In this document: in pieces, positions 19,829 to 30,260 of the stretch
Layout of the letters: every line of letters begins with the position of its first letter
Position numbering within the stretch: position 1 is the first letter of the stretch
IMG/VR virus record: IMGVR_UViG_3300046710_000151
Span: 1-64,000 of that record
Source: a virus
Taxonomy: Duplodnaviria; Caudoviricetes
Length of the DNA: 64,000 nucleotides
Strand: one strand, 5' to 3'
Position numbers and translations under genes: made by a program
Notes under the pieces: model-generated
What the model was told of the DNA's origin: nothing
Databases searched by the model: none
What the model saw: only the letters and a program-made list of their open reading frames with translations

Positions 19829-20163
19829 GCCGCTTCGATGACGCCTTGGCCAGAGCGGATGCGGCGCAACTGGCGACCCATGGGGACTCGGTTACCTTCC
19901 GCGATCCCACTGGAGATAAGCCGGATTGCGATGTGGTGATCGTTTTCGGGGAGCGTGATGTGCCGGAACCACCCAACAGCATGGGCGTTTCTAAGGGTCA
20001 GTACAGTTCGGCATGGACGCGGCTTTCGCAGTTTCCTGTAGAGAATCCCACAGGCTATCAACTGCTGATCTCCGACCTGGAAGTTTACTGGATTCGGGAA
20101 GCCACGGCAGACGGCGGGGGCGCAGTCAATATGAAACTGCATAAGGTAAAAGCGCCGGCATGA
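19825..20163 (+). CDS. Head-tail joining / head closure protein (gpFII-like)
   Basis: Size and position before the tail terminator; YWIREATADGGG; TTG start overlaps the upstream stop. Confidence 0.55.
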   Translation: MSRFDDALARADAAQLATHGDSVTFRDPTGDKPDCDVVIVFGERDVPEPPNSMGVSKGQYSSAWTRLSQFPVENPTGYQLLISDLEVYWIREATADGGGAVNMKLHKVKAPA

Positions 20164-20672
20164 TCCAGCTCTCAAATCCCGTACGTCTGGCCGTGCGTCA
20201 GGAGTTCGCTAGCCAGTTCAACGCGCAACTGGCACTCGCCTGCGCCCCGCTGGGATTGACGCCATTCGAGATCGACTTCGCCACTCCCGGCAAGAACTAC
20301 TTCGATGGCCCGCTGGACCTGAACGATTTCCTCAGTTACTTGGAAGAAAACCCGGATGCCGTTCCCGCGCTGTGCCTATACGGGATAAAACTCGGAACGG
20401 ACAGGCGCACAGTGGCAAGGTTCTCTGGCAACGTCGCCATCGGCGGCGCAGTCTTCCTCCGATACCCGGTGGATGCTACGGACTTCGAATCGCTGAAAGA
20501 AGCGGTGGAAGCGGCGATCACCGGGATCATTCACGAATCGGACACAGACGACTGGGGACATGGCACCTATGAGAACGATCTGCGCTTCACCTCGTCTGGC
20601 CTAGTATTTCACAACGGCAGTTTCTACCGCACAATCTCGTTTTCAATGAGTTTTCAAATTACCGCAAATTAA
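20160..20672 (+). CDS. Probable tail terminator protein
   Basis: Immediately precedes the tail tube gene; alpha/beta pattern ending ISFSMSFQIT. Confidence 0.55.
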   Translation: MIQLSNPVRLAVRQEFASQFNAQLALACAPLGLTPFEIDFATPGKNYFDGPLDLNDFLSYLEENPDAVPALCLYGIKLGTDRRTVARFSGNVAIGGAVFLRYPVDATDFESLKEAVEAAITGIIHESDTDDWGHGTYENDLRFTSSGLVFHNGSFYRTISFSMSFQITAN

Positions 20673-20686
20673 AAGGAGAGCACCAA

Positions 20687-21682
20687 ATGGCAAACTATTC
20701 CAGCACGCGCCTGCAACGCGGCTACGTCACGAAAGAAATCACGTGGGGGCAGGCGGTCGCGCCGAGCAATGGCGACGCCTTCCTCTTCACAGACCTGACA
20801 ATGGACGATATCCAGACGGTCGAGGACCGTCCCGACAAAACGGGGTCCTTATCCCGCGTGGTGGGTCAGCGCACGCGGCGCAACGGTACCTGGTCCATGA
20901 AGGCTTCGCTGGCGAATGGCGGTACGGTCCCGGACATCGACGCCTTCCTGGAATCGCTGATGGGCAAGCCGGCGGCAGGAAGTACCTACCAGCCGGAAGA
21001 CCTCGACCCGAGCATGACCATCTGGGATTTCAACCGCCCCTCCGGCATGAATCAGCGGTGTGCTCCGGGCTCGATCGTGTTGGGAATGCAAATCTCGTTT
21101 GGCAAGACGTTCGCCGATGTCAGTTTCAACGGCGAGTGCAAATGTGTCCTGGGGTCCAAGACCTTTTCCGTCGAATCGGATGAAGCCAAGAGCGGCCTGG
21201 GATCGTTCCCCGCCGAGCCGTCTTCTCCCACAGTAGTAGGCGCGACCTTGGCATCGGTGGTCACCGGCTACAAGGGCATCATCACCCTGGCCGGACAGGA
21301 GTTCACCTCCATCCGCGACGGACAACTGGAAATCAAGGTGGAACGCGAACTGAAAAAGGATAGTTGGAACAACGATCTTCCGACCGGCATCATGAGCGGC
21401 GTTCGTACCGCGTCCATCCCTCGGGTGACGATGGACGATGACGACAGCACGGAACTCGCTACCTTGATTGCCAACGCCTACAGCGGGACGGCGGTGGTCG
21501 ATTTCGGTTTCCAGCTTGGCAAGGTGGTGGGTGGCATCTACACGCTGACCTACCGCAATATCGTCCTGCCTAAGCCGAAATACGATTACAGCCAGAAGCG
21601 CCGCGGTATCGTGTTCGAGAATCTCCAGGCCGCCGCCACCGACATCACCAGCAAGGACGAAGTACAGATCGTGGTCGGCTAA
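20687..21682 (+). CDS. Major tail tube protein
   Basis: YVTKEITWGQ...; strong AAGGAG RBS; beta-rich; precedes the chaperone and tape measure. Confidence 0.75.
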   Translation: MANYSSTRLQRGYVTKEITWGQAVAPSNGDAFLFTDLTMDDIQTVEDRPDKTGSLSRVVGQRTRRNGTWSMKASLANGGTVPDIDAFLESLMGKPAAGSTYQPEDLDPSMTIWDFNRPSGMNQRCAPGSIVLGMQISFGKTFADVSFNGECKCVLGSKTFSVESDEAKSGLGSFPAEPSSPTVVGATLASVVTGYKGIITLAGQEFTSIRDGQLEIKVERELKKDSWNNDLPTGIMSGVRTASIPRVTMDDDDSTELATLIANAYSGTAVVDFGFQLGKVVGGIYTLTYRNIVLPKPKYDYSQKRRGIVFENLQAAATDITSKDEVQIVVG

Positions 21683-21690
21683 AAACGCTT

Positions 21691-22239
21691 ATGATCTCCC
21701 TCACTACCACCAAAATTACGATGGACTCGCTCCTCCTCAAAGGGGCGCGGGTCCATCTCCGCAAGTTCACCGTGGATCGTCATACCCACGTCACTATAGC
21801 GCTCGCAAATCCTCGGGCCAAGCTGGGCAGTCTCTACCGCGAGTGGGGCCAGTATTCTCTTGTGCCGGATGAGACTGACGAAACCGGGAAGGTCACGAAA
21901 CCGGGAGATTCGGCTGAGATTCGTGAAGACAAAATCGTCCAACGGATGCGTCTACAGGGAGAGATCGATGCCTTAACTCAGATCAACCTCAAGGCGGCAA
22001 TCCTGTGCGAATACGTGGAGTCCATCGAGGGGGTGGAGCTGGACGGTGAACCGATGACGCCGGAAATGCTGGTGACCACTGGGCCGCCGACGTTCGCCGA
22101 TGAGGTCTACGCCTTCCTGGAGGCCAACAACGGCCTGCCCCCTTTCGTCGCCATCAAATCTCCGTCGCCGCCGCCTTCACCGACAGCGGAGGATGGGAAC
22201 ATCCCAATCCCGGCCCCGATACCAAGCCAGGCGCCCTAA
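21691..22239 (+). CDS. Tail assembly chaperone (gpG-like)
   Basis: Located between tail tube and tape measure; contains a slippery site. Confidence 0.7.
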   Translation: MISLTTTKITMDSLLLKGARVHLRKFTVDRHTHVTIALANPRAKLGSLYREWGQYSLVPDETDETGKVTKPGDSAEIREDKIVQRMRLQGEIDALTQINLKAAILCEYVESIEGVELDGEPMTPEMLVTTGPPTFADEVYAFLEANNGLPPFVAIKSPSPPPSPTAEDGNIPIPAPIPSQAP

Positions 22240-22619
22240 ATCCACTCTACGATTGCGACCAGTGCCGCCTGCACAAGATCTGGAAGATAGAGGATCGGAA
22301 TTGCCACAAGTATTTCCCGTTAAAGCATTCGAACTCATATCGCTGGAACCCGGAGTGGCACACCGATAAGGGCACTCCCTGGACCATCGACGTGGAATCG
22401 GAAGAGTGCCCGCGGTCGCTGATTGACGAGCAGTCGATGGTTCTCCTGGTGCTGGTGAGGCAGGACCGGCATGCCAAAGAAGCAACCGGGGCCACGATGT
22501 ACGGACCGAACCGCGGCAAGTGGCCGGTCGCGTGGGATGACGCGGTGCAGATATGCGAGCGGGTGAGAATCATGGAACATAACGCCGAGATTGAAGCGAT
22601 GAACAAGGATCGGAAATGA
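22140..22619 (+). CDS. -1 frameshift extension of the tail chaperone (gpGT-like)
   Basis: C CCT TTC heptamer at 22140-22146; the -1 frame is open from 22140 to the stop at 22619 (PFRRHQISV...CDQCRLHKIW...CPRSLIDE). Confidence 0.75.
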   Translation, partial: PFRRHQISVAAAFTDSGGWEHPNPGPDTKPGALNPLYDCDQCRLHKIWKIEDRNCHKYFPLKHSNSYRWNPEWHTDKGTPWTIDVESEECPRSLIDEQSMVLLVLVRQDRHAKEATGATMYGPNRGKWPVAWDDAVQICERVRIMEHNAEIEAMNKDRK

Positions 22620-22879
22620 CGATAGGGCAAATCACCCAGCTTTCCGCTAATTTCACCCCTGCTATGCCGAGGCCAAACTTGGAGGCAATCATGCTGGCCG
22701 CGCTCATATCGGATAAAGCTGGTGACGTACCATCGAAAGACCAGGCGGATTTGGCATTTCTCCGTTGGCTGGAAATCAAAGCGCCCTGGACGATGCAATG
22801 GTGGCGCGCAAATTACCAGGCGGCTTCGGTGTTGGCCGTAGGCGAGTGGGCTCTGGTGATTTCCAAGGCGACGGATTAA
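22616..22879 (+). CDS. Hypothetical protein
   Basis: ATGA overlap with the chaperone extension. Confidence 0.5.
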   Translation: MTIGQITQLSANFTPAMPRPNLEAIMLAALISDKAGDVPSKDQADLAFLRWLEIKAPWTMQWWRANYQAASVLAVGEWALVISKATD

Positions 22880-22904
22880 CCCATGGCGCGTGAAGTCGTA
22901 GCGG

Positions 22905-23174
22905 TCACGGTGCAACGCGCGATCCTGACGCCAAATCCAGGACGCAGAGCAACGTAACCAGAAAGCATATCACCGCAACGATCCTCACGGACGCATGTGC
23001 CGAATGTGAAGAGAATCGAGTCTCCGCGCTGCCGACCAGTTCAAGGCATCGGAGCAAAATGTATCCGCCAACCATCACGCCAATTGTAGGAATCATAAAC
23101 GGAATCAGTATCTCACGATTCTGGCCGCCGGTGGTATCGCTGGAGAGTTTCCATGGCGCGTAAACGGTTTGCAA
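22905..23174 (-). CDS. Small two-TM membrane protein (antisense moron)
   Basis: Two hydrophobic segments; opposite strand; flanked by an 11-bp direct repeat CCATGGCGCGT. Confidence 0.55.
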   Translation of the reverse strand: MQTVYAPWKLSSDTTGGQNREILIPFMIPTIGVMVGGYILLRCLELVGSAETRFSSHSAHASVRIVAVICFLVTLLCVLDLASGSRVAP

Positions 23175-23593
23175 CCAAGATCACCCACGCCCGGTTCGTT
23201 TACGGCCCTTTCAGTAGTGAGGTCATGGCCCATCTTGCTGGAGGCTTGCGGGATTCCATGAGAGGCCGCATTGCACAGGGGTTGAACGCCAACGACCAGC
23301 CAGCGAAAGAACTGTCGCCCGGTTGGGCGAAGCAGAAGGTGGCTAAGGGGAAGATCCCTATCCGCAATTGGACGATGACGGGAAACACGATGCGCTCCAT
23401 GGTGGTGCTGTCGGCCAATGAAAATCGTGCCGTGATCGGATTCAATAATCCCGTAGCGGGAAGAATCGCGCGTTTTAACCAACGTCGTGAAGACGCTTTC
23501 GGCGTATCGTCGCACGATAATCAGAACCTTATGGTGGACGTTCGCGCCACAATGCAACAGGTCAAGGTTGTTACGGTAAGGAAAATCGCATGA
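23153..23593 (+). CDS. Virion morphogenesis / tail completion-like protein
   Basis: RGRIAQGLNANDQPAKELSPGWAKQK...MTGNTMRSM pattern of neck/morphogenesis proteins. Confidence 0.55.
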   Translation: MARKRFATKITHARFVYGPFSSEVMAHLAGGLRDSMRGRIAQGLNANDQPAKELSPGWAKQKVAKGKIPIRNWTMTGNTMRSMVVLSANENRAVIGFNNPVAGRIARFNQRREDAFGVSSHDNQNLMVDVRATMQQVKVVTVRKIA

Positions 23594-26500
23594 ATGATCC
23601 AAACAACCCGCAGGTGGTTCTTGAAATCGACGAATCGCAGGTCGTCCAAGGGACCGCGAATGCGAACACTGCGCTCGACAACTACGACAAGAAAACCGCC
23701 GCGTCTGTGGGGAGAGCTGGGAAGGCGTTCGAAGAACACGGCGGTCTGGTGGTCAGGACCTCCGACCGGACGCGGACCGGCCTGAAGCGTCTGATCGAGA
23801 CGTTCGAGCAACAAAATGCCGCCTTCGGAAGATCGCCGGTAGAGCAACTTGGCGCGAAATACGATCTACTCACCAAGCGCCTGGCGGGCAATGTGGATAT
23901 GCTCAACCGGGCGGCCAAGGCCCACACCGAGTTGAGGGACAAGATGCTGGCGGCACAGAAGGCCGAGTCGTCCATCTTGAGCCCCCAGGGTCCTGCCGGG
24001 ATGTCAATACGCGCCGTACGCGACATCGCGGAAGGGCGGATCTCCTACGGCATCGCTACTGGCGCTGGGGCCGTTGCTGGAATGAGCGGTGCCCTTGGCG
24101 TCGTCACCGGTCTTGGTATCGCACTGGGAGCCCTGACGATTGCCGGATATAAGGCTGCCGAATCTCTCGCAAGAACTGCGGTGGAAATCCGCGACGTGCA
24201 GGCGCGTACCGGTTTCACTGTGCCCGAGGTAAACCAGTTTAGCTTTGCGGCCAAAGCCGTAGGCCAAGACATCGGCGTCTTTGAGAAGGGAATGCGCGGT
24301 CTTTCTCAGGCGGCGGAAGATCAATCCTCCGCTGGTGACAAGGCGCGATCCTGGATGCTCAAGTTCGGCATCGACATCCGTGGCGTACGCGACGGTTCAG
24401 TCAGCACCGCTGAGGTCATCAAGCAACTCGCCACTGGCCTAAATGGTATCCCCAACGTCCTTGAGCGCAACAAGGCCGGGATGGACATCTTCAAGCGCGC
24501 GTGGCTGGAGATGGCCCCGGCGATCTTGCACGTGGCGGACAATATCGAGACGGCCAAACAGCAAGGATTTGGCCCGAGCGAAAGCGACGTGGCGCGATTC
24601 ATGGAGCTGAATCGGCAGATCAATATATACCAGGGCCATTGGGCCGATCTGATGCGCGATTTCAAGGAAGGACTGGTAATTGAGGTAAAACTGATTGGCA
24701 GTGGTGCAAAGTTGCTGCTGGGAGGCATGCCGGGCGAAGCTGGAATCAGCGACGCGGCTTACGAGAAATTTCAACGCGACTCCGCTCTATCGAATGAGAT
24801 CAAGGCCGCCAAACCTGTCCTCGGGAACTGGGGTACACACGTTCCGCCAGATGAAATCGGACGTCTGACAATGGAGCGCACTCACGCTCTGGCAAGGCTC
24901 GATTCTGGTACGGCTTTCGACCAAGAAAACGCGACCGGGCAGCAGGCGGACGATCTTAAGTATGCGGCTAAACTCCAGAAACAAATCGAGGATCTTCGCA
25001 AAGGGACCGATGCGGCAAGTTTGGCGCGCAAGAAGGCGGAGCGAGATTCGGAAGATGACGCTATCCGCGCTTACGAACGCAACCAAGGCCCGGAACGCAA
25101 ACTTAAAGAAGCTGAGAAACGGTTGAGTGGGCTCCCGGAGATTCAACTCAATGTGAGCAGTCCACAGGACAGGATAGACCGTATAAAGGCAGAGCATGAT
25201 GTCGAAAGCGCCAAGGCGGCGGTCAAAGCGTTTGACGAGCAGAAAGCCATTCGAGAGAAACTTCGCAAGGCGAGAATCACGGCGGCCGAAGAGGACGCGA
25301 ATCCGTTTGGTATGCTCCCCACTGAACGCCTGCGGATGGAGAATGCGAAGGAACCAGGGGCAACCCCGGCTTCAATCGCCGAGTTCCGCAAGATCACCCA
25401 GCCCCAACTCGACAGGGATCAGCAAAAACGCGACGATGCCGCCACCACATTGGCCCGTCAGGAAGAAATCTCCACCGCCCGCGAACTGCTGCATATCAAG
25501 CAGGCGGTGGGCGCCGAAACGCCGATAACCGATTTGGGTAAGAATGGCGTGACCGCGCTTGACGTGGAGAAGAGCATCAACGAGCAATACGACCGGCGCG
25601 TGAAGGACGCGGCGGAACTGCGCCAGCAGGAAATTGGATGGGCAACGGAGAAGAAACTGGACCTCCGGGATGAGGCAAGTTGGATCGCGCGCAATCTGGC
25701 GATTCAGAAAGCCTGGAGTACGGAAGACATTCAGAACGCCAAGTCCCGCGCCGATCAGGAGAAGCAAATCTCCGATCTCCATGATAAGGACCGGGACAAA
25801 ACGCGCCAGTTCAATGAGTCGATGAGCAAGGTCCTGGCCGGCGACAAAGAGGCGGAGATCAAGCACGCTGCCGATCTGGCCGCGCGCACGGCGGAGTTGC
25901 GATTCAGGGGCGATAACCCTGCTGCCGGGATCATGGCGGACCTGGCCATCAGGAAGCAGGAAGCGGTGGCGCTAAATGCCGAGACGGAACGGCAGCTTGC
26001 GCAGGACTACGCCGACAAGCTCATCAATTACGACCAACTGAGATTGGGAAACGCCAAGGCGCTGAAGGACCTTCACGACGCGGACGGCAAGGCTCAAGAG
26101 GAAGCGCAGTATAAGCTGCTGGAAATGCAGCAAAAGCAACTCGACGCCATCAAGGGCACAACGCAAGGGCTGCTGCACGGCTTATTCACCTCGCCGTCCA
26201 CCTTTGGAAAACAACTCGGCGACACGCTCCGCGACGCGGCATTGAAGCCGATAGAAAGCGGGTTGAGCGAGATAATCGCCAAACAGTTGCATCCGGTGAT
26301 CTTCGGCTCGACTGGCACGGGAGGCATCGCCGGCGGGATCTCCGCCAGGCTGCACGGCCTCTTCGGCACCTCGGGCACGGGAGGCATCGCGGATGTCCAA
26401 CTGACACCGCTGGGCTATGTGCCGGTGGTTGTCATGGGCACCGAAGGCGGCTTGAGCCTCGCTGGGGCCTTCAGTCCCGCCGTCAGCACGTTCAGCCGGT

Positions 26501-28131
26501 TGACCGCGGAACTCGCTGCAAAACGAACCACCGCGCTCCCAAGCGCAGGGCTGGGCATTCTTTCGCCTTTCCTCAGCCTTATCCAACTCTTCAAGCGGGC
26601 TCAATCGCCCGTAGAGCAAATCGGTCTCGGCAAGATCGACGCTGCTGGTATGGCGCGCGATTCCTCCGGTTTGGTCCTGAGAGGATTGGAGCAGAGTGGC
26701 GGATTTAGTAGCGCAGCGAGCACGTGGGCGCGGCTGGCGGACGCGGTGTCTGGTTCAAAATTCGGAGGGAGCCCGAGCGATACCGCTGGAATGATTACTG
26801 CTGGGAATATTGATCTAACAAAACGACCAGTCGTCACCAACGCTGACGGATCAATCAGTACGGTACGCTCCATTTCCGTCAACATCGACGGAATGGAAAC
26901 TCTCATTCCTACCGTTACCGATGCGGGCCGGATCGTCTCGAACGCAAAAGCGATTGACATCTTTCGGCAGACAGGGCAGCATCTTGGGCAATTCGCTACA
27001 TCCGTTGCGGCGGACGCATATGCCCAGATATTACATGAACGGCAGGCGGCGCTGTATCTCCCTACGCCGCCTACTGAGCAAATCGGCCTCGGCAAGATCG
27101 ACGCCGCTGGACTGCCGCGCGATTCCTCCGGCCTAGTGCTGAGAGGGCCGGGACAGGCCGCCCTCGATCCACTGAGCAGCGCCACAGGGTTGAACACTAC
27201 GGCTACGGACTTGAATACCAAAGCCCTCGACGATCTGACGGCGCTGTTGGCTGAAGCGCGAGCCAATGCGGTTTCGGCATCGAGCGGCGGAGGCGGGTTC
27301 AGCAACGTGGGCGCGGGCTTCAGCAGCGCGGCATCCACCTTTGCCCGGATCTTGGCGGGCGGGGGTTCGGGTGGCGAAGTGATTGGCGGTGGGGATTCCA
27401 CGGCTGGGCTAACGCAGTTACCGGGCGGTCTGTGGCAACGCGGTCCGGTGGGCGGCGGCGCGGATGTTGGGTATACCCCTACGAACTGGGGATCTGGTGA
27501 GGGTAATGGTTCGGAAACCTACGGCCTGCCCACAGATAATCAGCGAAGCGGCGGCAACAGCGGAGAGGGCGGCGGTGGGATGACGCTGGGCAAAGGGGTT
27601 GGCCTCGCTGGTATGGCTGTGGCTGGCGGCTTCGGCATCTACTCTGGTATCCACGCCGGCGGGGCGCAGGGCGCGCTTACAGCAGCGGGGAGCGCGGCGG
27701 CTATGGCTGGCGGAATCACTTCCCTGCTTATCCCCTCTCTGTCTGCCACCCTCGGACCGATTGGCATGGCACTCGGTATGGGGCTCGGCATTGTGAGCAC
27801 GCTCCTGGGAGATCCGAAAAAGAACCGGGCAGCGGAGATGGACACTTGGCTCCAGCGTCATCAATCCTCGCTGCCGGACCCGGTGTCGATCGAGCGGGAT
27901 ACTCGAGGGCGGGATGTTTCCTACAATATGCAGGGGAACTTGCGGCCCATTCAGCAGTACACCACCAACAACAATACAACCACCACGAACAACGTCTCCG
28001 CAATCGACTCTCAGGACGTGAGCCGATTCTTTGCGAATAACGCGGCCGCGGTGAACAAGGGTGTGGCGCGGGCCATAGACGAAGGCGGGGAGATGGTGCC
28101 GAAGCTGGCGAGCGCGATGGGGCTGCAATGA
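23590..28131 (+). CDS. Tape measure protein
   Basis: 1513 aa, alpha-helical, Ala/Gly/Lys/Glu-rich; follows the chaperones; Gly-rich hydrophobic C-terminus. Confidence 0.9.
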   Translation: MNDPNNPQVVLEIDESQVVQGTANANTALDNYDKKTAASVGRAGKAFEEHGGLVVRTSDRTRTGLKRLIETFEQQNAAFGRSPVEQLGAKYDLLTKRLAGNVDMLNRAAKAHTELRDKMLAAQKAESSILSPQGPAGMSIRAVRDIAEGRISYGIATGAGAVAGMSGALGVVTGLGIALGALTIAGYKAAESLARTAVEIRDVQARTGFTVPEVNQFSFAAKAVGQDIGVFEKGMRGLSQAAEDQSSAGDKARSWMLKFGIDIRGVRDGSVSTAEVIKQLATGLNGIPNVLERNKAGMDIFKRAWLEMAPAILHVADNIETAKQQGFGPSESDVARFMELNRQINIYQGHWADLMRDFKEGLVIEVKLIGSGAKLLLGGMPGEAGISDAAYEKFQRDSALSNEIKAAKPVLGNWGTHVPPDEIGRLTMERTHALARLDSGTAFDQENATGQQADDLKYAAKLQKQIEDLRKGTDAASLARKKAERDSEDDAIRAYERNQGPERKLKEAEKRLSGLPEIQLNVSSPQDRIDRIKAEHDVESAKAAVKAFDEQKAIREKLRKARITAAEEDANPFGMLPTERLRMENAKEPGATPASIAEFRKITQPQLDRDQQKRDDAATTLARQEEISTARELLHIKQAVGAETPITDLGKNGVTALDVEKSINEQYDRRVKDAAELRQQEIGWATEKKLDLRDEASWIARNLAIQKAWSTEDIQNAKSRADQEKQISDLHDKDRDKTRQFNESMSKVLAGDKEAEIKHAADLAARTAELRFRGDNPAAGIMADLAIRKQEAVALNAETERQLAQDYADKLINYDQLRLGNAKALKDLHDADGKAQEEAQYKLLEMQQKQLDAIKGTTQGLLHGLFTSPSTFGKQLGDTLRDAALKPIESGLSEIIAKQLHPVIFGSTGTGGIAGGISARLHGLFGTSGTGGIADVQLTPLGYVPVVVMGTEGGLSLAGAFSPAVSTFSRLTAELAAKRTTALPSAGLGILSPFLSLIQLFKRAQSPVEQIGLGKIDAAGMARDSSGLVLRGLEQSGGFSSAASTWARLADAVSGSKFGGSPSDTAGMITAGNIDLTKRPVVTNADGSISTVRSISVNIDGMETLIPTVTDAGRIVSNAKAIDIFRQTGQHLGQFATSVAADAYAQILHERQAALYLPTPPTEQIGLGKIDAAGLPRDSSGLVLRGPGQAALDPLSSATGLNTTATDLNTKALDDLTALLAEARANAVSASSGGGGFSNVGAGFSSAASTFARILAGGGSGGEVIGGGDSTAGLTQLPGGLWQRGPVGGGADVGYTPTNWGSGEGNGSETYGLPTDNQRSGGNSGEGGGGMTLGKGVGLAGMAVAGGFGIYSGIHAGGAQGALTAAGSAAAMAGGITSLLIPSLSATLGPIGMALGMGLGIVSTLLGDPKKNRAAEMDTWLQRHQSSLPDPVSIERDTRGRDVSYNMQGNLRPIQQYTTNNNTTTTNNVSAIDSQDVSRFFANNAAAVNKGVARAIDEGGEMVPKLASAMGLQ

Positions 28132-28346
28132 TTCAACTACTTCTGGCTTTCTCCCTTGGAATTGTAGTGGGCTTTTTTATCGCGCGCAACACGCGTTCCC
28201 CGTTTCCACAGGAGCGGGAGCCGTGCAGGGTCACGAATAACGTCTGTGCTCTCGACGCCGAGTCTGTCAATGCGGCGGTGGCGCGTGCTGTCGATGTGGA
28301 CGGTGAGATGGTGCCGAAGCTATCGAAGGCGCTGGGGCTGCAATGA
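28128..28346 (+). CDS. Small TM protein ending in a copy of the tape-measure C-terminus
   Basis: N-terminal TM helix; VARAVDVDGEMVPKLSKALGLQ vs the tape measure's VARAIDEGGEMVPKLASAMGLQ. Confidence 0.6.
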   Translation: MIQLLLAFSLGIVVGFFIARNTRSPFPQEREPCRVTNNVCALDAESVNAAVARAVDVDGEMVPKLSKALGLQ

Positions 28347-28618
28347 CGAACCTGTTGCTATTTGGAAAAGGCTTTTCGACCTGCCCGCAGACGGACCATC
28401 CGTACTGGCACTGCACCTGTGAATCCGTGCTCGCCTTCGAACTACAGCGTAGCGAGCGGGCCGTTACTTTCACTTGGCAGATCCGGCTATTCGGGTACGG
28501 CTGCTGGGGATATTTCCGGTGGCTGGTGCGGAAAGGCAGATGTGCGCGAAAGCCGGATGTCACTTACCTTCGGTGGATGCTCCGGGACGGTCTGGTTATT
28601 CTGCCGCTGAAAGCGTAA
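28343..28618 (+). CDS. Hypothetical protein
   Basis: ATGA-coupled ORF. Confidence 0.4.
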   Translation: MTNLLLFGKGFSTCPQTDHPYWHCTCESVLAFELQRSERAVTFTWQIRLFGYGCWGYFRWLVRKGRCARKPDVTYLRWMLRDGLVILPLKA

Positions 28619-28619
28619 C

Positions 28620-29834
28620 ATGGCCGGCGCCTTCCCCACTCTCGCGCACGGGCAGACCACGCAATCGGGTCTGGTGCATAAACTGGAAATCCGTGCGGAC
28701 ATCCAGCAGTTCCGCTCCGGCGCAGAGCAGCGGTACGCGATCTCGGGACTCCTGAACGCCTTCACTATCGGCCTGTCAAACCTGCGCTGGTCGGAAGTCC
28801 AGGACATCCGGGATTTCTTCATCCTCCAACTGGGTGCCTTCGATTCGCTCTGGTCAATCACCCTGACGGACCCGGCCACTGGCATATCCAGGCCCTATTT
28901 GAACATGGCGCTGGATAGCGATGAACTCTCTGTGAGTGAAACCAAGCCGGCGCGCTATTCGGTCTCGTTCGATGCCGTGCAGACCGTGGGGGAGACCGTA
29001 AGCGTCAGCTTGCAGCCGATGTTTCCACTGCTCGCCACGGGAGCCAAATGGCAGTTGCCCTCCAGTTCGGTGCTGAAGTTCAAAACCGACCGCAACGACC
29101 TGGAAGCGGGCAAGCGCATCAGCTATTACGTCTGGCCAGGACCGGCGCACAAGTGGACGCTCGACTTTTCGCTCATCACGGACGCGGAACTGGCGACGTA
29201 CGTTTCGCATTACTTGGGGCAGGGTGGCCCGGTGAACCCATTTAGCTTCGCCGATCCTGACACGCTAGAGACATACGAAGGCTGCCGTTACGCCCTTGGC
29301 GGTATCGAGATCACGCGCCGGTCTCGTGATGCGAACCGACTGAGGCTGACGATTGAGGGGCCTCCCGGCCCGCCGCTGCCTGAAGCGGAACCCATGTCGG
29401 CAAACCTGGGTTTCTCGCTGACTACCTCGTGCCCGGACCCAGCCACGTGGGCCACGCTTTGGGGGCCAGATGCTTTATCGTGGGGTGCCGGGAGCGGTGG
29501 TACATCCGCGTCGGTGAATCTGTCGGTGTCGCCTTCCGGACTGAGGGCTTTCGTACTCAATTTGGCTTTTGGACACTCAGAGTTCTGGTGGGCGCCAGGT
29601 TTTTTGGAGACCGGATCGCTTGCCGAAGCGGCGCATGCAACCGTGTCCGGAATTCACCTCGAATGCACCTACGCAGATGGCTCCGTCAGGATCAAACGGC
29701 CTCGTCATTCATCCTCAAGTTCGGCGGGAGCTTGGGGGACCGCATCGGCGTCTAGGACTGGAGCAACGTTCGCTATCTGGCACACGAGCGGACTGAGTAA
29801 TATGGTCGGCGCCCAATTTAGAGATTTTGCATAA
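28620..29834 (+). CDS. Distal-tail-like protein with two DUF2460-like domains
   Basis: Two similar domains (FPTL...GAEQRY...FFILQLGAFDSLWSITLTDP; FPLL...HKWTL...GQGGPVNPFSFADP) after the tape measure. Confidence 0.6.
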   Translation: MAGAFPTLAHGQTTQSGLVHKLEIRADIQQFRSGAEQRYAISGLLNAFTIGLSNLRWSEVQDIRDFFILQLGAFDSLWSITLTDPATGISRPYLNMALDSDELSVSETKPARYSVSFDAVQTVGETVSVSLQPMFPLLATGAKWQLPSSSVLKFKTDRNDLEAGKRISYYVWPGPAHKWTLDFSLITDAELATYVSHYLGQGGPVNPFSFADPDTLETYEGCRYALGGIEITRRSRDANRLRLTIEGPPGPPLPEAEPMSANLGFSLTTSCPDPATWATLWGPDALSWGAGSGGTSASVNLSVSPSGLRAFVLNLAFGHSEFWWAPGFLETGSLAEAAHATVSGIHLECTYADGSVRIKRPRHSSSSSAGAWGTASASRTGATFAIWHTSGLSNMVGAQFRDFA

Positions 29835-29861
29835 CGTCTGAATCTTTCCAAGGAGCAACAC

Positions 29862-30260
29862 ATGTTTACGCACAGTATCCAGCGCACCTACAACGACGGC
29901 ATCACAAACACCGGCGGCGTGGAAACGGTCACCGCCGATAGCACACGCAACTTTGACGGTACCGTGCCGGGGTCCGGTACTCCCGACTACGAGATCGATT
30001 TCCCTCTCACCCGTGCGAACCTTAAATCGGTCTGCATCTCGACCGACAAGGCGCTGACCATCTGGATCAATCACTCCAGCGAGGACGTGGGTGAGGACAT
30101 CGCGGTCCCGGCCGGGCAACCGGTGATCTGGAGTCTCGCGGCCAACGGGCTCGATAGCTGCCCGTTCGTAGACGACGTGACCAAACTGTACGTCACCGTC
30201 GTGGGAACCGCCCCGGCCATCCTGAAGATCCGGGCCTTGAGCGATCAGACGCCGGCGTAA
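29862..30260 (+). CDS. Hypothetical tail-region protein
   Basis: AAGGAG RBS; beta-rich, 132 aa. Confidence 0.65.
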   Translation: MFTHSIQRTYNDGITNTGGVETVTADSTRNFDGTVPGSGTPDYEIDFPLTRANLKSVCISTDKALTIWINHSSEDVGEDIAVPAGQPVIWSLAANGLDSCPFVDDVTKLYVTVVGTAPAILKIRALSDQTPA

